A stretch of DNA of 64,000 bases from Alphaproteobacteria bacterium (GTDB lineage: Bacteria > Pseudomonadota > Alphaproteobacteria > Bin95). The stretch covers positions 224,001-288,000 of the forward strand of contig OZ219785.1 of assembly GCA_964291285.2 (NCBI GenBank). Reading direction: 5' to 3'. The position numbers and the translations under genes were made by a program. The notes beneath the pieces are model-generated. The model had not been told where the DNA came from, ran no database searches, and saw only the letters and a program-made list of their open reading frames with translations. Below, piece after piece: positions 51,067-61,635 of the stretch (position 1 is its first letter; each line of letters starts with the position of its first letter).

Positions 51067-53435
51067 GCTTCGGGCCGATGCCGGCGCTTCGACTTCAGGG
51101 AAGGGCTTTCGCCGCCGGCGCCGCGATCGACGGCCATGAGCAGCGACGGCAGGTGCGTCAGGTCGGCGAGCAGCGCGAACCCGATGATCATTGCGATGAG
51201 CAGGCCGACCTGAGCGGTGGGGATGAATGGTGAGAGCACCAGAATGAGGAATCCCGCCACAAATATGACCGTGGTCGTCGCGAGCGCCTGTCCAACCGAC
51301 CGGAACGCGCAACGGACGGCGTCTTCCGCCGTGCAGTCGCGCTCGCGCCGGGCGCGCTGGTATTTGCTCAGGAAGTGCACCGTGTCATCGACCACAATCC
51401 CGATCGTGATGGCCACCACCACGGATAATGCGAGCCCGACCTGCCCCACCGCCAGGCCCCAGACGCCAAACGCCAGGATTGCGGGGGCGAAGTTGGGCAC
51501 GAGGCTGACGATGCCCAGCCGGAACGAACGCAATGCAAACAGAAGAACAATGGAAATGCCGAGAAGGGCAACCGAGGTTCCAAGCAGCATCGCCCGGATG
51601 CTCCGCTGGCCGATATGCCCGAACAGGAGCGCCGGGCCGGAACTGTCAACATGCACGATGCGGGATGCATTGGCTTGCAGCCAGGCCTCGGCGCGCCCGT
51701 TCAATTCAATGACATCCTGCGACGACAGCGTCTGCGTCGTCACCGTCATCCGGGTCGCAGACCGGTCGGGGTCGATCCGGTCGTTCAGGTTGCGGCCCTG
51801 TGGAAGCGAAAACTCGTAGAGCAGGAGGTATTGGGTGGCGAGTTCCCGATTCGCGGGCAGGCGATAGGCCTCCGGATCGTCGCCATGCATGCTCTTGTTG
51901 AGTTGCCGAAAGGTATCGGTGATGACTTCGACGTGCCGCGTCTCCGGCTGTTCGCGATACCAGTCGGCGAAGGCGGCCACTTCGGCCAGAAAGGCCGGGT
52001 CGGTCACATCTCCCGGTCGGCCCGCCGCCAGCGAATACTCGAATTGCGTGGTGCCGCTCAGCCGCTTGTCCAGGAAATCGGTATCTTTACGGACCTGAGT
52101 GCTCTCATCGAAAGAGTGCACCAATACGTCGTTCAGTTCATTGCGCGGAACTGCTGCCAGCAAGGCGAGCACGACCGCCGCCGATCCCCACATCAGGATC
52201 TTCCGTCGGCCGACCACGAATTCGGCCATGGCCGTCATCACCCGACTGTCGCGTTCCCTGGCGGCCGGTGTGCTTCGCAACGGCAGAAGCGACAGCAAAG
52301 CCGGCAGAAAGGCGATCGAGAGCGGGAACGCGGCGACGATGCCGAACGCCACGAAGTTCCCGAGATCGCGGTGGGGCGGAACCTCGGAGAAGTTCAGGCT
52401 CAGAAAACCGAGTGCGGTAGTCAGGTTGGTCAGAAAGATCGGATGCAGGTTGATCCTTACGGCTTCGATGATTGCCGCGCGCCTGGCATCGCCGGCGCGC
52501 AGGCGCTGTCGCAAGGCAACCAGCAGATGCACACAGTTGGCGACCACGATCATCATTACGATGCTCGGCGCCGGAGTAGCGGTAGGCGAGAGGGGCAGGC
52601 CGGTCCAGCCGCCCAGCCCCATCGATACGATGACCGAAAAGACAATCGCAAGCACTGTCGCCGCAACTCCCGCAATACTCCGGGTCAGGAGTCCGAGGAT
52701 CACGACCATGACCGCGAGGCTTGCAGGCAGAAAGACCTTGTGGTCGTTGACCGATGCTTCCGAAAAGGCGTGGTTGATGACGACCGTCCCAACCGCTCGG
52801 AACCCGATGCCGGGGAACCGTTCCTCCGCTTCCGCAACCACGCCGTCAGCAAATGCGGCGATCTCGGGCACCCGAACCGCCTGATCTTCTTCGACCAGCT
52901 CGACGGTTACGTTGACGGCGCTGACGCTTCCGTCCCGGGACACCAGACTTCCTGCGAGGCCGAGGTCGGCCAGGGCAATGTCACGGACCCGGATACGCTC
53001 CCGTTCCTGGCCCAACAGCGCCGGATCCACGAGGTTCCGTACGGATAACTCATCTCCATCTGCGGTAATGCGCTGGAAATTCGCCATCGAATCGACGCGC
53101 TTGGAGTATGGCGTCTGCCACGCACGCTCAGTGAGCCAAACCAAAGCTTCGAGCGCCTGTTCCGACGTGGCGTCGCCACCATCCGGAACGATCATGAAGA
53201 GGATGTTGTCAGTTTTCCCGTAGGTGCTTTCCAGCGCTTCGTACGCCAGAAGTTCAGGATTGTCCTTGCTGAAGAATATGCGGTAGTCGGTCGTGAAATT
53301 CAGAAACAGGCAGCCGCTTCCGGCCAACAGAACCAAAATCGTACCGACTGCGATGACAGGCCAGCGGAAAGCGACCGCCCACCGGGCGCACCGTTCTTCG
53401 AGCTTGAGGGTCCGGACATCGGGCGTCTCTGCCAT
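51063..53435 (-). CDS. MMPL/RND family transporter
   Basis: TTDYRIFFSKDNPEL, PIFLTNLTTALGFLSL, GIVVDDTVHFLSKY; two repeated TM halves. Confidence 0.88.
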   Translation of the reverse strand: MAETPDVRTLKLEERCARWAVAFRWPVIAVGTILVLLAGSGCLFLNFTTDYRIFFSKDNPELLAYEALESTYGKTDNILFMIVPDGGDATSEQALEALVWLTERAWQTPYSKRVDSMANFQRITADGDELSVRNLVDPALLGQERERIRVRDIALADLGLAGSLVSRDGSVSAVNVTVELVEEDQAVRVPEIAAFADGVVAEAEERFPGIGFRAVGTVVINHAFSEASVNDHKVFLPASLAVMVVILGLLTRSIAGVAATVLAIVFSVIVSMGLGGWTGLPLSPTATPAPSIVMMIVVANCVHLLVALRQRLRAGDARRAAIIEAVRINLHPIFLTNLTTALGFLSLNFSEVPPHRDLGNFVAFGIVAAFPLSIAFLPALLSLLPLRSTPAARERDSRVMTAMAEFVVGRRKILMWGSAAVVLALLAAVPRNELNDVLVHSFDESTQVRKDTDFLDKRLSGTTQFEYSLAAGRPGDVTDPAFLAEVAAFADWYREQPETRHVEVITDTFRQLNKSMHGDDPEAYRLPANRELATQYLLLYEFSLPQGRNLNDRIDPDRSATRMTVTTQTLSSQDVIELNGRAEAWLQANASRIVHVDSSGPALLFGHIGQRSIRAMLLGTSVALLGISIVLLFALRSFRLGIVSLVPNFAPAILAFGVWGLAVGQVGLALSVVVAITIGIVVDDTVHFLSKYQRARRERDCTAEDAVRCAFRSVGQALATTTVIFVAGFLILVLSPFIPTAQVGLLIAMIIGFALLADLTHLPSLLMAVDRGAGGESPSLKSKRRHRPEA

Positions 53436-53645
53436 GCTCACGCCCACCGCAAGCGAACGCCCCGCAAACGGGCACGACCGCCCGTCTTCAACATTGCTGC
53501 AACGCGGCGGTGGAAATCGCGGCCGGACGGGCAATCGGCGGCTTGCGCCATGCGGCGTCGGCGCTCACCGTTCACGCCCGCAAGCGCCGATAGTCTGGAG
53601 CCGCCCCGAGTTCGGCTTCACCGGCCCCGGGGCAGCAAGACTGCG

Positions 53646-53900
53646 TCAAGTTCCGCAGCAGCACCAACCGGCGGAGATTGCCTCAAGCTGTTCTTCATTC
53701 AGCACCGGCGTCGGCGGCAGTGCAAGATGAACGGTCTGCATGTCGCTCTCATGCACCTTGATCTCGGTGCTGTCCGGAACGGTGATCCCGAACTCTTGAC
53801 TCAGGACACCTTTGGGATCGGACACAAGCTGGGCTCGGAAGTCTGCATCTTCAACGGCTTTCTGAGTCAACAGCGAAAGCGTTTCCTCTGCAGTTTGCAT
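53646..53900 (-). CDS. NHLP-leader RiPP precursor; predicted core WCCCGT
   Basis: Leader KAVEDADFRAQLVSDPKGVL...IKVHE...HLALP and double-Gly-type LNEEQLEAISAG; strong RBS aaggagaaggagg. Confidence 0.92.
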   Translation of the reverse strand: MQTAEETLSLLTQKAVEDADFRAQLVSDPKGVLSQEFGITVPDSTEIKVHESDMQTVHLALPPTPVLNEEQLEAISAGWCCCGT

Positions 53901-53932
53901 AGCTGGCCTCCTTCTCCTTTACGGTCACGCTC

Positions 53933-55384
53933 GGTCGTGTCCCCAGGGGTGGTGTAGGAGCTGAAGCTTCCGGTGGTAGCTGTGGGTAAGTGGCCCGCCG
54001 CCGCGACCGTCTGGAGTCAGGCGGCGGCGGGCCACTTACCCACAGCGGAGGCCATCGCGGTGCCGGTTAGGGTTGGGCTGTCACAGTCCACCTGACCGGA
54101 GGAGTACCACGATGACCACCACCGACATGATGACCCTGCGGGCGCTGTTGGAGAAGAGTTCCGACGCCGACCTGCTTCGCGAGATGATCGGGTTCACGGC
54201 CGCGCGTCTGATGGCGCTTGAGGTTGAGGGCCTTGCGGGCGCCGCGCACGGCGAGCGCTCGCCGGACCGGATCACGCAGCGCAACGGCTACCGGGACCGG
54301 GTCTGGGAGACGCGGGCCGGCACGGTCGAACTGAAGATCCCGAAGCTGCGCAAGGGGAGCTACTTCCCGGGCTTCCTTGAACCGCGGCGGATGGCGGAGA
54401 AGGCGCTGACGGCGGTGATCCAGGAGGCCTACATCAAGGGCGTATCGACCCGCTCGGTGGACGACCTGGTGCAGGCGATGGGCATGTCGGGCATCTCCAA
54501 GAGCCAGGTGTCGCGGCTGTGCGGCGAGATCGACGACAAGATCCGCGACTTCCTCGACCGGCCGCTGGAGGGCGACTGGCCGTATCTCTGGCTTGACGCG
54601 ACCTATGTGAAGATGCGCGAGGCCGGGCGCGTCGTCTCGGTCGCGGTCACCATCGCGGTGGCGGTCAACGATCAGGGCCGGCGCGAGGTGCTCGGCATGG
54701 CGATCGGCGCGTCCGAGGCCGAGACCTTCTGGACCGACTTCCTGCGCTCGCTCGCCCGCCGCGGCCTGCGCGGCGTCAAGCTGGTGATCTCCGACGACCA
54801 CAAGGGCCTGAAGGCCGCCGCCACCCGCATCTTCGGCGCCACCTGGCAGAGATGCCGCGTCCACTTCATGCGCAACCTGCTCGCCCATGCCGGCAAGCAG
54901 GGCCGGCGCGTCGTCTCCGCCTTCGTCACTACCGCCTTCGCCCAGGAGGATGCAGACAGCGCCTCCGCCCAGTGGCGCCAGGTCGCCGACCAGCTCAGGC
55001 CCAAGGCGCCAAAGCTCGCCGCCATCATGGACGAGGCCGAGCACGATGTTCTCGCCTACATGACCTTCCCGGCCGCGCACCGCGCCAAGCTGCACTCGAC
55101 AAACCCGCTCGAACGCCTCCACGGCGAGATCAAGCGGCGCACAAACACCGTCGGCATCTTCCCCAACGAGGACGCCATCACCCGGCTGATCGGCGCAATC
55201 CTGCTCGAGCAGAACGATGAATGGGCAGTCCAGAGAGCCAGATACATGACACTGGAATCCATCGCTCCCGTGAGCGACAATACAACCGTCAAGTTGCCCG
55301 CCGTGGCAGCCTGAGCGTTCCGGCCCTACCCGCCGGACACCGCTACGGACGCCAGGCTCTTACACCACCCGCGGGGGCACGATC
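53933..55384 (+). mobile_element. IS256 family element with 8-bp target duplication TCACGCTC
   Basis: Imperfect IRs ggtcgtgtccccaggggtggtgtaggagc / gctcttacaccacccgcgggggcacgatc; tcacgctc at 53925-53932 and 55385-55392. Confidence 0.93.
54112..55314 (+). CDS. IS256 family transposase
   Basis: [59 protein letters not shown]. Confidence 0.95.
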   Translation: MTTTDMMTLRALLEKSSDADLLREMIGFTAARLMALEVEGLAGAAHGERSPDRITQRNGYRDRVWETRAGTVELKIPKLRKGSYFPGFLEPRRMAEKALTAVIQEAYIKGVSTRSVDDLVQAMGMSGISKSQVSRLCGEIDDKIRDFLDRPLEGDWPYLWLDATYVKMREAGRVVSVAVTIAVAVNDQGRREVLGMAIGASEAETFWTDFLRSLARRGLRGVKLVISDDHKGLKAAATRIFGATWQRCRVHFMRNLLAHAGKQGRRVVSAFVTTAFAQEDADSASAQWRQVADQLRPKAPKLAAIMDEAEHDVLAYMTFPAAHRAKLHSTNPLERLHGEIKRRTNTVGIFPNEDAITRLIGAILLEQNDEWAVQRARYMTLESIAPVSDNTTVKLPAVAA

Positions 55385-55595
55385 TCACGCTCGGGATATC
55401 TGGCGCATGCCGCCAGTCAGCAACCGATATAACAGCGTATCGGATGATGACGTAAGTTGCAATCTGTTATCCCGATATCATCCAATCGACAGCGATGACC
55501 GAGAGTGCGAACGCCGCGACGCGCCCGGCGGCGACCTGGGCTCGATGATGGTCACGGCCGTGGTCGAGGGTTGGACGCTCGGTCCCGACCGCGTT

Positions 55596-58517
55596 TCAGG
55601 CCAGTTGTCGGCGAACCAGAGTCTGAAAGACGCCTTCAGTCGCCATCAGTTCCGCAAAGGATCCCTCCTGGACGACCTTGCCTGCCCGCATCACGTAGAT
55701 GCGATCCGCCTGACGCAGCGTGGAAAGGCGGTGCGCGATAACGATCCGTGTCGAGGTCATGGATGCGAGGTTCTGCATGACCGTGGCTTGGCTGTCGTTG
55801 TCGAGCCAGTTCGTCGCTTCATCAAGCAGAAGAATGCGGGGATTGCGAAGCAGCGCATGGGCGATCACGATGCGCTGGCTCTCGCCTCCCGAAGTGACGC
55901 CGGCGCTAGTGCCAACGCGCGTCAGCATGCCCATGGGCATCGCCGATATCGCGCGATCGACGGCCGCAAGCCGTGCGGCCCGCCACACATCCTCTTCGGT
56001 TGCATCCTCGTTATCGTCGACGATGTTGTCCCACACGTCCTCCGGATGGAGCCGCACATCCTGAGGTACCACGCCAATTCGCCGGCGCACCTGCTTGATG
56101 TTGAGGTGATTCAGGTCGCGACCATCGTAGTACACCGAGCCGGAAGACGGCCGGTCCAACCCAAGCGCGAGACGGAAAAGCGTGCTCTTGCCGGCTCCCG
56201 ATTCGCCGGCAATGGCTACGAACTCCCCGGGTCGGGCGTGGATCGACACGTCGTCGAGGATCATCGGGCCCTCCGGATCGTAGCGGAAGTTGACGTGGTC
56301 GAACACGATGTCGCCGCCCAAAGTCTCGACCATCTCTCCATCAACACTCGTCTCCGGGGGCTCCGCCAGGAGCGGCCGAACCTGATTCAGCGCCGGCATG
56401 ACGGCGGCCACGGCGCCGAAGGACGCGCCGAGGCGGGTCACCGCCGTCTGGAACACGAGGAACACCGTATAGACGACGAGAAAGTCCCCTACCTTGAGGG
56501 CCTCGCGGTCCGGCAGCGTCGCGGCGGCGAACAGCACGGCACCGGCGAGGAAAGGCAATGCGGCGCTGAGCGCCTGCAGACGATCTTCGATGGCGTCCCG
56601 TTTCAACTCGGCCTGTTTCTGCTCGCGATAGTCCCGTGCCCAGACCGCGAACGCCGACCCTTCCGCGCCCTCGACCCGCAATGCGGAAATCCCGTTGATG
56701 AGCTGGAACAGCCGACCGGCCAGGCGCCGCACGGCCCGGATCACTCTGCCATGGGGTGTTATCTGCCGCACGCCGAGCGCCACGGTCGCGACGAGCGAGA
56801 CGAGCCCGAAGGCGACGGTCACGCAACCCAACGTGACGTCGTAGAAGAAGATGAGGATGAAGGCAGGGGACAGGAAGACAATCGACAGCACGGCGTTGGC
56901 GACCACGCCCTGAACGGTATCGCGAAGAGTCTGGAACGTCATGCCCCTCATGGCGAGGTCGCCGGCCGGATAGCGTTGGAGGAAACTCGGAGGCAACCGG
57001 AGCAGACGATCCCAGAACGCAGCCTCGACCCGTGATGCAACGCGTCCTTCGAGGCGCATCAGCGCCATTCCCTGGAGGACGTGGAGCAGCGCCCCGAGCA
57101 GGGCGACCACGGCCAGCGTCGCGGTCGCCACATACAGCAGACCAGGCTCTCGACCAGCGATCACCTCGTCCGCGACGAAGCCCAGCATCAGCGCCGGCAG
57201 CAGCGTGACCAGACCGCCGAACAGCCCGGCCACGACGAAACGCGCGAGGTCGATGTTCAGTCCCGTTCCGGCGAGCCGCAGCAGAGCCCCCAGCCCTACA
57301 CCGGTGGACGGGAGTGGACGATAGAACAGCCATGCGTCGGTGCGGAGCGTTTCGGCGCGCCCGGCCGTAACCCTGATGCTGCGCCGCGCACCGGGATCCA
57401 CTTCCCGATAGCGCCCTGACATACCCGGCAACAACACCACGGACCGGCCGTCGTCCGCCCGGAACGCCAGCATCACGCCGGAGTTTCCGATCCACCACTT
57501 GTCGCGGCGGGCCAGCCGCACCCGGCGGGCGCGCACGCCGGAAGCATCCAGCACATTGCCGAGGATGGCCGAGGTATTGGAGGCTTCCATCCGGGCCGGC
57601 CACCTGAAGTCGATTCCTTCGTGACGACCGATGATCTCCAGTGCCTTGAGCAACGCCGTCTCGCCAGCGTCGGCATTTGCCTCTTCAGCGAGACCGTACA
57701 GGTCGAACAGGCGATGCCGGGCGCTGTCCTCGTCGATGCGGCGGCTGGTCGCCCGCGCCCGCTCCAGATTCGCCTCGTCGACGACCGCGAGGCTCCGGTT
57801 GAGGCGCTCCAGAGAGAACGCTGCGGCATGGAAATCCGCCAGGGCGGATAACAGACGGCCCTCCTCGGCGAGGGTGTCGGAGGACCGGGCGGAGAGCAGC
57901 ACCTCTTCCGTCAGTGATAGCCATGTCGCCGGCGTGAGCGGCACCGCGCCCGACCCGCCGCCGCCATCCGGCCCGCTCTCCACCGGATCGATCAGGCCCA
58001 GGAACAGGCCCGCGCCTTTCGCCACCGACACCCACTCCACGCCGCGCCGGGTACTGACCGTGCCGGCACTTGTCTTCGGGACCTCCCCGGCTTCGACCAG
58101 GACATCCGGGCGTGGCCGATAAGCGACATCCCGGGAGAGCATGGCGGAAACCGCCATGAGCCACGCATCGACATGCTCCGCCAGTTCCGCACTGCCGACC
58201 GCCGCCAGATCGTCAGCCGGGATGCGCCGCAGCACCGTACCCGGCAAGCCCTTGGCGACAAGGCTCAGAGTGGTGTGTTCCACCTGCGGTGCGACACCGG
58301 GCAAGAAGCGCCCGGAAGCGGCCCGAAGCAGGTGTTGCGGCACCGATTGCTCTACCCCGTCCCGGTGTTCCACCAGGAACAGGTCCACCGCGCCTTCGTC
58401 GACAAACCAGGCGAACTGCGGATCGCTCATGTCCAGCGGCAGGTTACCGGCGCAGGGCACGGGCACCCCCGCTTCAGCGGCAAGCTGGGCAAGCGGGCGG
58501 CGTTGCGGCAGCGCCAT
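55596..58517 (-). CDS. NHLP bacteriocin system ABC transporter, permease/ATP-binding subunit (TIGR03797-like)
   Basis: N-terminal WFVDEGAVDLFLV segment, RARRVRL...WW, AAFWDRLLRLP, GESGAGKST, SGGESQR, LLDEATNWLD. Confidence 0.88.
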   Translation of the reverse strand: MALPQRRPLAQLAAEAGVPVPCAGNLPLDMSDPQFAWFVDEGAVDLFLVEHRDGVEQSVPQHLLRAASGRFLPGVAPQVEHTTLSLVAKGLPGTVLRRIPADDLAAVGSAELAEHVDAWLMAVSAMLSRDVAYRPRPDVLVEAGEVPKTSAGTVSTRRGVEWVSVAKGAGLFLGLIDPVESGPDGGGGSGAVPLTPATWLSLTEEVLLSARSSDTLAEEGRLLSALADFHAAAFSLERLNRSLAVVDEANLERARATSRRIDEDSARHRLFDLYGLAEEANADAGETALLKALEIIGRHEGIDFRWPARMEASNTSAILGNVLDASGVRARRVRLARRDKWWIGNSGVMLAFRADDGRSVVLLPGMSGRYREVDPGARRSIRVTAGRAETLRTDAWLFYRPLPSTGVGLGALLRLAGTGLNIDLARFVVAGLFGGLVTLLPALMLGFVADEVIAGREPGLLYVATATLAVVALLGALLHVLQGMALMRLEGRVASRVEAAFWDRLLRLPPSFLQRYPAGDLAMRGMTFQTLRDTVQGVVANAVLSIVFLSPAFILIFFYDVTLGCVTVAFGLVSLVATVALGVRQITPHGRVIRAVRRLAGRLFQLINGISALRVEGAEGSAFAVWARDYREQKQAELKRDAIEDRLQALSAALPFLAGAVLFAAATLPDREALKVGDFLVVYTVFLVFQTAVTRLGASFGAVAAVMPALNQVRPLLAEPPETSVDGEMVETLGGDIVFDHVNFRYDPEGPMILDDVSIHARPGEFVAIAGESGAGKSTLFRLALGLDRPSSGSVYYDGRDLNHLNIKQVRRRIGVVPQDVRLHPEDVWDNIVDDNEDATEEDVWRAARLAAVDRAISAMPMGMLTRVGTSAGVTSGGESQRIVIAHALLRNPRILLLDEATNWLDNDSQATVMQNLASMTSTRIVIAHRLSTLRQADRIYVMRAGKVVQEGSFAELMATEGVFQTLVRRQLA

Positions 58518-58521
58518 TGGG

Positions 58522-60744
58522 CTAGCCCGCCTTGACGAGCCGGTAGTAGGCCCCGTCCTCGTCCGCCATCAACTCGTCGTGGGTGCCGCGCTGCGCCTCC
58601 GTGCCCTTCTCGAGCACGATGATCTGGTCGCAATCCCGGATCGTACTCAGCCGGTGCGCGACAATCAGGCAGCTCACCCCGCGGCGGCGCAGCGCGTCGT
58701 TCACTTCCTCTTCGGTGGCGGCGTCGAGAGCGCTCGTCGCCTCGTCAAGCACCAGCACCGTCGGGCTGCCTACCAACGCACGGGCGATTTCGAGCCGCTG
58801 CCGCTGGCCGCCGCTGAAGTTGCCCCCGTCCTCATCCACCAGCGTCGCATAGCCGAGCGGCCGGGCGAGGATCTCATCGTGGATGCAGGCGTCCCTGGCC
58901 GCCGCTGTCACGGCGTCGTCGGGAACGGAGTGATTCCACAGGGTGATGTTGTCGCGCACGGTCGCGGAGAAGAGGACAATGTGCTGTTCCACCGTCGAGA
59001 GCGAGCGCGACAGCACGTCGCCGGGAATCTCGTTTCGCGGACGTCCGTCGAACAGAATCTCGCCGGACCAGGGCTCGCAAACGCCGGAAACCAGGCGTGA
59101 CAAGGTGGATTTTCCGGACCCGCTCGGGCCGACCACCGCGATCCGCTGTCCCGGCTTGATCGTCAGATTGAAATCTTCGATCAGGGGCGGCCGGGCGCGA
59201 TTGTAGCCGAAGGTGACGTTGCGCAGTTCCACATGGCCGGCCAGTTGCAGCCGACCGTCCAACGTCGCGATGGCCTCCGACGACGGGGCCTCATCCGCCG
59301 CCTCTCCGTCTTCCGGCGCTTCCATGATGTCATCCAGGCGCTGCATGTCGGCCTCGAGCGCCTGCCGCTCATCGGCGAACTCGACGAAGCGTCCCACCGG
59401 TGCGAGGAACATGGCGGCCACGATGTAGAACCCCGCGAGCGCGCCGAGCGTCAACTCGCCGGCGATGACCTGGATTGCCCCGAAGGTCAGCACCACCGCG
59501 TTCCCGAGCACCATGAAAAAGCCCGGCAACGCTGAATTGACATGGCCGAGCTCAGCGACGCGCTGGCGTGCGACGAGCTCGCGAGCCTGATGGCCGCTCC
59601 ACCGGGAGAAAAAGCCATCGTCTGCGGCGGTCATGCGCCGGGTATCCGTGTGGTGCAGCATCAGCGTGCCGACACCCGCCAAGAGCCCCTGCTCGCGGCG
59701 CAAGATGTGGCTCCTGTCGGTCCGGAGGCGCGCGATGACGCGCACGAACGCCGCGTTCAGTACCGCCAAGCCAAGCACGATCAACGCCAGGACAGGCTCG
59801 TAGGCGAGCATCACCGCCAGAAACACCGCACTCATCACGAGCTCGGCCAGGAACGCGGGAAAATGCTCCGACATGCCTCTGGCGATCCTCTCGATGGAAA
59901 GGACGCGCGCGGTCAGTTCGCCGCCGAGCTGTTGACTGAAGAAATCCACCGGCATCCGCAGCAGTTGCGACATGCAACGGTTTCCCGCAATGACCGAAAC
60001 CCGTGCAGCCAGCCGCCGCAAGCAGCACTGCTTGAGCCTGGTGAGGCCATAGGCCAGAACGGCGGCCGCAGCCATGATGGCGGCCACGAACTCCCCCCAG
60101 GGCTCGTTCTCCAGCAGCACCCGATCCACGAAAACCGCGAGCAGTGCCGGGGTCACTAGGGCCAGCGCGGCCAGCATCAGCCCACAGGCGATCGTGTAGG
60201 TTAGAGCACCTTTGGCACCGCCGAGCCACTGCGGGATCCGTTTCAGGAAGTTGGGACGCGCACCGCCGCGTTCGAACGCCGGGCCGGGTGCGAATTCCAG
60301 TGCAATTCCTGTGAAGCCGATGCTGAATTCTTCGGTCGAGAGCGTACGGCGGCCCGAGGACGGGTCGTTGAGAAAGAACCGATGGCGGTCGAAGCCTTCC
60401 AGGATGAGGAAGTGGTTGAATTCCCAAAACAGAATGAGCGGTAGCGGCAGCTTTCTGAGCTGGTTCAGCTTCACGCTGCGGCCAGTGCATTCCAGACCGT
60501 AGTGTCTGGCGGCACGCGAGATGCCGGCGGCGCTGGAGCCGTCCCGGCTGACCTCGCATCTGACGCGCAACTCGTTGAGCGGTACCCATCGCCCGAAATA
60601 GGCGAGCACGCTACCAAGGCATACGGCGCCGCACTCGGTGGCGTGCATCTGCAGCAGGAGGGGCGTGGTGACCCGCTTCTTCACGAGCTCCGTTGGGGCT
60701 TCGTCGCGCGCTTCCACGGATGCGTTCCGGCCGCGCCCGAGCAT
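58522..60744 (-). CDS. NHLP bacteriocin system ABC transporter with C39 peptidase domain (TIGR03796-like)
   Basis: TPLLLQMHATECGAVCL (Cys), CEVSRDGS, FWEFNHF (His), LNDP (Asp); GPSGSGKST, FSGGQRQRLEIARAL. Confidence 0.92.
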   Translation of the reverse strand: MLGRGRNASVEARDEAPTELVKKRVTTPLLLQMHATECGAVCLGSVLAYFGRWVPLNELRVRCEVSRDGSSAAGISRAARHYGLECTGRSVKLNQLRKLPLPLILFWEFNHFLILEGFDRHRFFLNDPSSGRRTLSTEEFSIGFTGIALEFAPGPAFERGGARPNFLKRIPQWLGGAKGALTYTIACGLMLAALALVTPALLAVFVDRVLLENEPWGEFVAAIMAAAAVLAYGLTRLKQCCLRRLAARVSVIAGNRCMSQLLRMPVDFFSQQLGGELTARVLSIERIARGMSEHFPAFLAELVMSAVFLAVMLAYEPVLALIVLGLAVLNAAFVRVIARLRTDRSHILRREQGLLAGVGTLMLHHTDTRRMTAADDGFFSRWSGHQARELVARQRVAELGHVNSALPGFFMVLGNAVVLTFGAIQVIAGELTLGALAGFYIVAAMFLAPVGRFVEFADERQALEADMQRLDDIMEAPEDGEAADEAPSSEAIATLDGRLQLAGHVELRNVTFGYNRARPPLIEDFNLTIKPGQRIAVVGPSGSGKSTLSRLVSGVCEPWSGEILFDGRPRNEIPGDVLSRSLSTVEQHIVLFSATVRDNITLWNHSVPDDAVTAAARDACIHDEILARPLGYATLVDEDGGNFSGGQRQRLEIARALVGSPTVLVLDEATSALDAATEEEVNDALRRRGVSCLIVAHRLSTIRDCDQIIVLEKGTEAQRGTHDELMADEDGAYYRLVKAG

Positions 60745-61635
60745 TCAGGATTGTCCGTGGACGAGAAGCGCTGCCGGCGTGCTCCGGCCAAGTTCGATCC
60801 GTACGCGGCAAGGGGCACCGTCGGGCACGGAGAGAGCTGGTTCGTGCGCAAGGACGACATCGATCCGGTGTCCTGATTCCGCGGTTGCGGGCAGCATCGC
60901 TGCCAACCAGTGGGGCAACGGCCCGGCGGCCACTAAAGCGACCTCGCCTTGCAGGTGCCGAATCGCACCGTCCGACATTGTGACCTCGACGGACGCCCCC
61001 ATGCCGGGCCGGATGCGTTGCGCCATGTCGGGAGCGGCGCGGAGCACCGCTTGCAGCGGACGATCGTCCGCCTCCCGGAGCAGAGCCACCGGCGCACCCG
61101 CCGGCAGATAGTCTCCCGCAGCGGCGTACAGGTTCACGACCTCGCCTCCGATCCGGCTGACGACCAACGCCCGCGCGGCACGACGGGCTTCCATCTGCAA
61201 CAAGGCGGCATGAGCCGAGGCCAGCAACGAACGCAATGCGTCGCCCCCTCCGCCGGCCTCCCGGATTTCCGCCTCCAGAAAGTCCACGCGCTCGCGCAGG
61301 ATCCCTATCTCCCGATCCAGTTGCGGCACGCTCTGCCGGGCGATCGGGTCACCGGCCGCGATGCGGCTTCCGGGAACGACCAGGAGCTCCACGAGGTGAC
61401 CGGATTCGGACGAAACCACGTTGTGGCGGGCGCCCGGCTCGATCAGGACCCCGTCGAAGGCGACGCTGCGAGCGATACTGCCGAACAGCGCCCATGCCAC
61501 AAACCCTGCCAAGACCAGGCCGATGCCGGCCAGTATGACGCGTTCGTGGGGCGCGGTTATCCGCAGCAGACGGTCGAGTTGCTGGCGCTCGTTCCTGCTG
61601 ACGGCGGCTTCCTCGCGAAACGGGTTGCTGAACAC
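60745..61635 (-). CDS. NHLP bacteriocin system HlyD-type secretion protein (short; TIGR03794-like)
   Basis: PFREEA...QQLDRLLRIT, TM ending WALFGSI, DGVLI, C-terminal TPAALL; GTG start. Confidence 0.8.
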   Translation of the reverse strand: MFSNPFREEAAVSRNERQQLDRLLRITAPHERVILAGIGLVLAGFVAWALFGSIARSVAFDGVLIEPGARHNVVSSESGHLVELLVVPGSRIAAGDPIARQSVPQLDREIGILRERVDFLEAEIREAGGGGDALRSLLASAHAALLQMEARRAARALVVSRIGGEVVNLYAAAGDYLPAGAPVALLREADDRPLQAVLRAAPDMAQRIRPGMGASVEVTMSDGAIRHLQGEVALVAAGPLPHWLAAMLPATAESGHRIDVVLAHEPALSVPDGAPCRVRIELGRSTPAALLVHGQS

